Origin: a virus
Strand: one strand, 5' to 3'
DNA: 64,000 nt
IMG/VR virus record: IMGVR_UViG_3300008267_000011
Coordinates: 1-64,000 of that record
In this document: piece after piece, positions 59,233 to 64,000 of the stretch
How positions within the stretch are numbered: the first letter of the stretch is position 1
Layout: the number at the start of each line of letters is the position of its first letter
Notes under the pieces: generated by a model
What the model was told of the DNA's origin: nothing
Seen by the model: the letters and a program-made list of their open reading frames with translations, nothing else
Databases searched by the model: none
Position numbers and translations under genes: made by a program

Positions 59233-60404
59233 GCACTAAATCTAAATCCGCAAACCAAAAAGAAATACTTGCAGGTCAAGATGCGCCAACTTACAATCGA
59301 GCCAACGATGTTCGGATGGATGATGGGTTGAAAGGTTTGACTATTGGCTTAAAGGATTTAGATTACACAATCAAGTACTACTTTGATGAGGTAATTCGAC
59401 CAACAATAGATGACTTTGGGTCAAGACGAGCAGTACCGGTGATATACGGATCTCCTGAAAGATGGAAAAACATTCAAGAGGATGGTTATTTTCGTGATAG
59501 AGAGGGAAAGATTCTAGCACCAATAGTTGCTTACAAGAGAACCGGAGTAGCTAAAAACAGAATGTTGGGTAGTAAGGTTGATGGCAATCACCCACAAGTA
59601 TACTACACCCAGCAGATCAAGTACAATCAAGAAAATAGATACGATCAATTTAGCAGACTAACAAATAGATCACCACTCAAGCGTTATGTTAATACGGTGA
59701 TGGCTGATTACGTTGACATTACATACGAAGTAGTCATTTGGACAGACTTTGTTGATCAGATGAATGAGATAGTGGAAGCAGTATTGTACTCAGAGGGAAG
59801 CTTTTGGGGAGAGAAGGATCGTTTTAAGTTTAGAACTAAGATTGATAGCTTTACAAACACAACAGACGCTTTGCAAGATAATGAGCGTATTGTGAGAACT
59901 AACTTCACAATTACTTTATTTGGTTATATTGTACCTGACGTTACTGTGAAACATTTGAGCGAGAAGCTAGCAGATAATACACTTAGCATAGCGCAAATCA
60001 ATACGGAAATTGAAAGTGACGCAATTCTCGAAACGACAACCACATCACAACAACCAGCACAAGCAATAGCAGCGACACCACCGCCAAATAGAGTAACTAC
60101 AACAGTAGACAATTCAGTGGTAGTCTACATAGGAACCAACAGAGCATTAAGTGCAAATCCAACAAACACAAACACAGTGGTATTCAACCCAGCGACGTTC
60201 TTAGAAGCACCACATCCACTATCGGCAACAGACAAGACATCGTTTACGTACTTTATTAATGGGCAACTAATAGAACCAGCTGCAGTGTCTGATTTCGTAG
60301 ACAACGGAAACGATACTTGTACGCTTACAATCGACATAGCGCAATTAGGATTCACACTAGCTACTAGCGATGAGGTAGTTGCAATCGGTAAATTTACAAT
60401 ATAA
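59229..60404 (+). CDS. gp15: Tail terminator / sheath stabilizer with C-terminal extension
   Basis: VPVIYGSPERW, YVDITYEVVIWT..QMNEIVE; P/T linker and an extra domain. Confidence 0.7.
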   Translation: MSTKSKSANQKEILAGQDAPTYNRANDVRMDDGLKGLTIGLKDLDYTIKYYFDEVIRPTIDDFGSRRAVPVIYGSPERWKNIQEDGYFRDREGKILAPIVAYKRTGVAKNRMLGSKVDGNHPQVYYTQQIKYNQENRYDQFSRLTNRSPLKRYVNTVMADYVDITYEVVIWTDFVDQMNEIVEAVLYSEGSFWGEKDRFKFRTKIDSFTNTTDALQDNERIVRTNFTITLFGYIVPDVTVKHLSEKLADNTLSIAQINTEIESDAILETTTTSQQPAQAIAATPPPNRVTTTVDNSVVVYIGTNRALSANPTNTNTVVFNPATFLEAPHPLSATDKTSFTYFINGQLIEPAAVSDFVDNGNDTCTLTIDIAQLGFTLATSDEVVAIGKFTI

Positions 60405-61228
60405 TGAGCTTAATAAGAGGAGTGCAATTAAGAGAGGCAACTGGTAGCTATGCAACTACTGGAAGTAATGTGTTTGTAGGTAATCAAATTGTTACTGGAA
60501 GTTTGTTTACAACTGGATCAAATACGCTAATAGGCTCCACTACACTAACTGGATCATTTAGCGTATCAGGCTCTACCTTACAAACGGGCAACAATACTCT
60601 AATTGGAAATACGGTATTAAGTGGTAGTATAGAGGTAAGTGGGTCCTCAAACTTCCATAACAGCTCATTCACTGTTACTGGATCAAGTAACTTTTTAGGA
60701 AACATCAACTTTGACGGCAATGTTAATGTAGTTTATTCATCTTCATTTTATCATTGGGGGAATAAGCTGTTTAACTACGGAGCATTCTCAGACACAACAT
60801 CTCAATCAGGATCAGCTAATACGGCTTATCCAATGACATTTAACACTAACGATGTTGTTGGTTATGGTATTAACATAGTATCACAATCTAGAATTACGAT
60901 TGATCACACAGGACTATATAATCTACAATTCTCAGCACAATTAAATAGAGTAGCTAGCTCAGGACATGCTGATGTTTCTATATGGTTACGAGTTACTGGA
61001 AGTGATGTTGCAAATAGCTGTACTGACGTATCATTAAATGGCAATGCTAGCCAAGCTGCTGTAGTAGCTGCATGGAACTTTGTATTCCCAATGTCCGCAA
61101 GTCAGTACTGTGAGTTGGTATGGAGCACTACAGATCCTAACATAAACATCTCATCTATATCCACACGCACTGACCCAGTACGTCCAGCAGTACCCTCTAT
61201 AATTTTAACAGTTACCCAAGTAGCATAA
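60404..61228 (+). CDS. Short fibre/whisker protein with TGS repeats and C1q/BclA-like head
   Basis: Periodic xTGS/xSGS stalk; TGLYNLQFSAQL..WLR..WNF..ELVW head. Confidence 0.65.
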   Translation: MSLIRGVQLREATGSYATTGSNVFVGNQIVTGSLFTTGSNTLIGSTTLTGSFSVSGSTLQTGNNTLIGNTVLSGSIEVSGSSNFHNSSFTVTGSSNFLGNINFDGNVNVVYSSSFYHWGNKLFNYGAFSDTTSQSGSANTAYPMTFNTNDVVGYGINIVSQSRITIDHTGLYNLQFSAQLNRVASSGHADVSIWLRVTGSDVANSCTDVSLNGNASQAAVVAAWNFVFPMSASQYCELVWSTTDPNINISSISTRTDPVRPAVPSIILTVTQVA

Positions 61229-61542
61229 TGGCAACAAGAATACCCTTTACCTGGAACAATGCCAACTTTGCTTGGAACAACAATCCTTACCTATGGGAAG
61301 ATTGTGCTTTAGTAGAAGAGCTAGCAGCAGCATTAGGAGGGCATGGAACAGCTGGTGTATACAAAGAAGTACAAAAGGTTCTCAAGGATAAGGAAAAGAA
61401 AAAGCGGTTTATTAAACTCCTATGTAAAGTAAAAGGTGTAGAACACGAAGAACAGAAGGAAATCAAGAACTTCAAGATAGTTATATCAGACGTGGAGTTG
61501 GTTGTTAATGAGGTAATGAGTAGCGTAAAAATTCTGATATAA
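61228..61542 (+). CDS. Hypothetical protein
   Basis: W-x6-W-x6-W N-terminus; stop/start overlaps on both sides. Confidence 0.65.
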   Translation: MATRIPFTWNNANFAWNNNPYLWEDCALVEELAAALGGHGTAGVYKEVQKVLKDKEKKKRFIKLLCKVKGVEHEEQKEIKNFKIVISDVELVVNEVMSSVKILI

Positions 61543-62144
61543 TGTACAAACTATTTACAGACAAAGTAGAACTTTTTGAATGCGATGTTAAGCTAGAAGG
61601 AGCTTCCTTAAAGAATAGCGTAGCGAGAATTGTAATAGAGTCTGAGGATGTTAATCTTCTATTTAATGGAGAGATCACCTCGGAAGGAAAGTGTAAAATT
61701 CCTATTAAGAAACTAAGAGGCCTATTGGGTGAAAACACAAAAGGAACTCTCAAACTGGAAATTATAGCAGAAGACACGTACTTTGTTCCATGGACTTCTG
61801 AGTTTGCAGTGCAAGCAGCTAAGAAGGTAACAGTGGAGATCAAATCACAAGCAGCAACTAAGATAGTTGAAAGTGCAACTCCTGCAGTAAAAGTGACCTC
61901 TGTAAAGGGTCAAGTAAAAGAAAACAAACAACCAATCAAAAATAAACGCGTACCACTGTCGGTTCAAGAGCATATTGTGCGTATAGTGAAGTTATTAGTG
62001 CGAGAGGATATAAAGCTAAGCAATCTAAAGATTAAGAAAGATAGATTGAATAATATCATGGCTGTATATACTCGTAGATGCGCTATAAACGAAAATCAAA
62101 CTTCACAAATAATTGAAGGTATATTGAAAAATCTACCAAAGTAA
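61542..62144 (+). CDS. Hypothetical protein
   Basis: 200 aa; beta-rich N-domain and basic C-domain. Confidence 0.65.
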   Translation: MYKLFTDKVELFECDVKLEGASLKNSVARIVIESEDVNLLFNGEITSEGKCKIPIKKLRGLLGENTKGTLKLEIIAEDTYFVPWTSEFAVQAAKKVTVEIKSQAATKIVESATPAVKVTSVKGQVKENKQPIKNKRVPLSVQEHIVRIVKLLVREDIKLSNLKIKKDRLNNIMAVYTRRCAINENQTSQIIEGILKNLPK

Positions 62145-62152
62145 TTTAGGTT

Positions 62153-64000
62153 ATGGCAGGACCTCTAGATTTCACAGGTCAAAATATTGAAGACAGTTAT
62201 CAACGGGTCTTACAGACTGATGGTCTCATCATTACTGATGGAACTGGGTCTTTTGTAAATTTACAATTTACTGGATCATTTTCTGGGTCCCTTGAAGGAA
62301 CAGCAACAACAGCATCTTACGTACAACAAGCTGAATCAGCTAGCTATGTGACAATTAATCAAGGAGACGGTATTACTGTTTCCGGAATGACTATATCGGC
62401 TAACTTACGTAGCGTAAATGGAAACTTGCCTGATGGAAGTGGCAATGTATCTGTGTCCTTAGCAGCAGTGTTGACAGGAACTTCTGCATCACTTGCCTCG
62501 TATGCAACTGGTGGATTGGCCGAAGGTACTGTTTGGATTGTGTCTGGAGACGCTGCTCCCGAAAAGAATGGAACCTCATACGTCTACGATTCCGGCTCTG
62601 TTGGAGTATGGTATCAAATAGCACCGCTAGATCAAACAGCAGCAGATGCTAGATATGCGAGGATAAACACAACGACAGTTCAAAACCTAACTAGCAGCTT
62701 TGCTACGACAGCATCCTATGCAGCTAATGGAGGTGTTACGCGGATACTAGCCGGTAGTGGAATATCCTTATCGCCAACAAATGGACTAGGAGCTGTAACC
62801 ATTACAAGCACAGGAGGAGGCGGTGGAGGAACTTTTCCATTCTCTGGAAGTGCTGTAATTACCGGATCTTTAGTAGTTTCTAGCTCTACCCCAACTATTA
62901 ACGGGCTTACAATAAGTCCAATAAAAAACACGACTACAAACATATCGATAGGCCTTGGTGCGCTTCTCACCGTAAGTAGTGGTGTGCGTAACATAGGGAT
63001 TGGATCCGGATCACTTCAAGGAGGTAATCAGTCAGACAATGTGGCTATAGGAATATCTGCTATGGCCAACTCTGGAAACACCGGCTACAACGGAGTAGCT
63101 ATAGGAAGTTACGCGCTACAAAATGGCACAGGTGCATCAAACACAGTAGTCGGATACTCAGCAATGAGGTATGCAACAAGCTGGGCAAGCTGCTTAGCTG
63201 TTGGATTTGAGGCTGGATTGTACTTAACTGGATCTAATAATACACTACTTGGTGTAGGAGCAGGAAGGACTTTTGTTGGCGATCGAAGTGTGCTTATAGG
63301 TGGTGCAGCGGGAGAACGTGGAGCCGGATCTTCAACTGGCAACAGAGGTAATGTTGCAATAGGAGCTCTTGCTTTAGCGGGAGATAACGTGTTACCTCCC
63401 AGAAGCATAACTGGTCAGTATAACTTTGCTATGGGATATCGTGCTATGGGCCAAGGTCATAATGGAGCAGGTAACACCGCCATCGGTACAGAAGCCCTAT
63501 TAGAACTAGCCACGGGATCATACAACGTCGCTCTAGGATATAGAGCATCACAGGCGCTTGTAAATGGTACCAGTAACTTTTATATGGGCTACGATGCCGG
63601 TACTACTAACAGATATGGCAATGGTACTATTGCAATAGGAAATAGTGCTGCTAGAGCGTTATTTTACGACCCTGCCTTTCTAGGTGTGAACACTAGAACG
63701 ATTGCAATCGGAGCTTCGGCTTTACGAGCAAGTAGTACACTTAACGTATCTGTAGACAATATTGCAATTGGAGAAAGCTCGATGACCCTACACGTATCAG
63801 GCTCAGGCAACATTTCAATTGGAGTAGAATCGCTAAACGCACATACCTCTGGAAGCGGTAACGTGGCAATTGGACACCAAGCCATGAAGAATAGTCCAGT
63901 TAGCTCGATAATAGAAAACAACGTAGCTATAGGACTTACAGCTGGTCAGTATCTCTCCGGAAGCAACAACACAATACTAGGAGCTAATGGTACAAACAAT
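62153..64000 (+). CDS. Tail fibre/adhesin, 3' truncated by the window (not in ORF track)
   Basis: ATG 62153 (MAGPLDFTGQNIEDSY..); the same frame reads open in the stretches checked, including the window end; ~14-aa NxAxG repeats (NVAIG, NTAIG, NVALG, NIAIG) of YadA-head type from ~62940. Confidence 0.8.
   Translation, partial: MAGPLDFTGQNIEDSYQRVLQTDGLIITDGTGSFVNLQFTGSFSGSLEGTATTASYVQQAESASYVTINQGDGITVSGMTISANLRSVNGNLPDGSGNVSVSLAAVLTGTSASLASYATGGLAEGTVWIVSGDAAPEKNGTSYVYDSGSVGVWYQIAPLDQTAADARYARINTTTVQNLTSSFATTASYAANGGVTRILAGSGISLSPTNGLGAVTITSTGGGGGGTFPFSGSAVITGSLVVSSSTPTINGLTISPIKNTTTNISIGLGALLTVSSGVRNIGIGSGSLQGGNQSDNVAIGISAMANSGNTGYNGVAIGSYALQNGTGASNTVVGYSAMRYATSWASCLAVGFEAGLYLTGSNNTLLGVGAGRTFVGDRSVLIGGAAGERGAGSSTGNRGNVAIGALALAGDNVLPPRSITGQYNFAMGYRAMGQGHNGAGNTAIGTEALLELATGSYNVALGYRASQALVNGTSNFYMGYDAGTTNRYGNGTIAIGNSAARALFYDPAFLGVNTRTIAIGASALRASSTLNVSVDNIAIGESSMTLHVSGSGNISIGVESLNAHTSGSGNVAIGHQAMKNSPVSSIIENNVAIGLTAGQYLSGSNNTILGANGTNN

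Noticed and set aside
1-64000. Minus-strand and nested short ORFs in the track
   Set aside because: They are shadows of long + strand genes, with no recognisable motifs or initiation context
1-64000. Stop-codon reassignment
   Set aside because: Conserved genes are full-length in the standard code, and TAG/TGA end genes at tight junctions (e.g. 325, 16479, 2102)
60404-64000. Diversity-generating retroelement acting on fibres
   Set aside because: No reverse transcriptase and no template/variable repeat pair noticed in this window; cannot be excluded elsewhere

Overview
The window is a densely coding, almost entirely + strand segment of a large T4-superfamily-like myovirus genome (standard genetic code). 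The host is probably Bacteroidota, inferred from A-rich translation starts that lack Shine-Dalgarno sites. Order of modules: small early genes, an HD hydrolase and a gp55-like late sigma factor; a baseplate/spike module; an island with a T7-endoI-like resolvase, a primase and a single-chain Mre11-Rad50 (gp47-gp46) fusion; a cluster of probable internal head proteins; terminase, portal, protease, scaffold, major capsid, PhoH and neck genes; and a tail fibre that runs off the end. The most unusual signals are: (1) a [ST]-[GAS]-S tripeptide recurring in many unrelated outer virion proteins but nearly absent from enzymes and internal proteins, a candidate virion-modification sequon; (2) three tandem paralogous gp5-like spike N-halves carrying no cargo, an M15 peptidase or a GH19 lysozyme, followed by a separate spike C-half and an apparently dead peptidase; (3) a TATTTAT late-promoter motif, the reverse complement of the T4 late promoter, often only 4-6 nt before ATG; (4) a set of proteins with a shared basic-leader/LxE signal that carry enzyme cargo, including an HxGH-LETM1-ligase-like polyprotein; (5) a two-hairpin RNA leader before the scaffold/capsid genes. 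All family assignments are by motif recognition and hand counts; no database searches were run.
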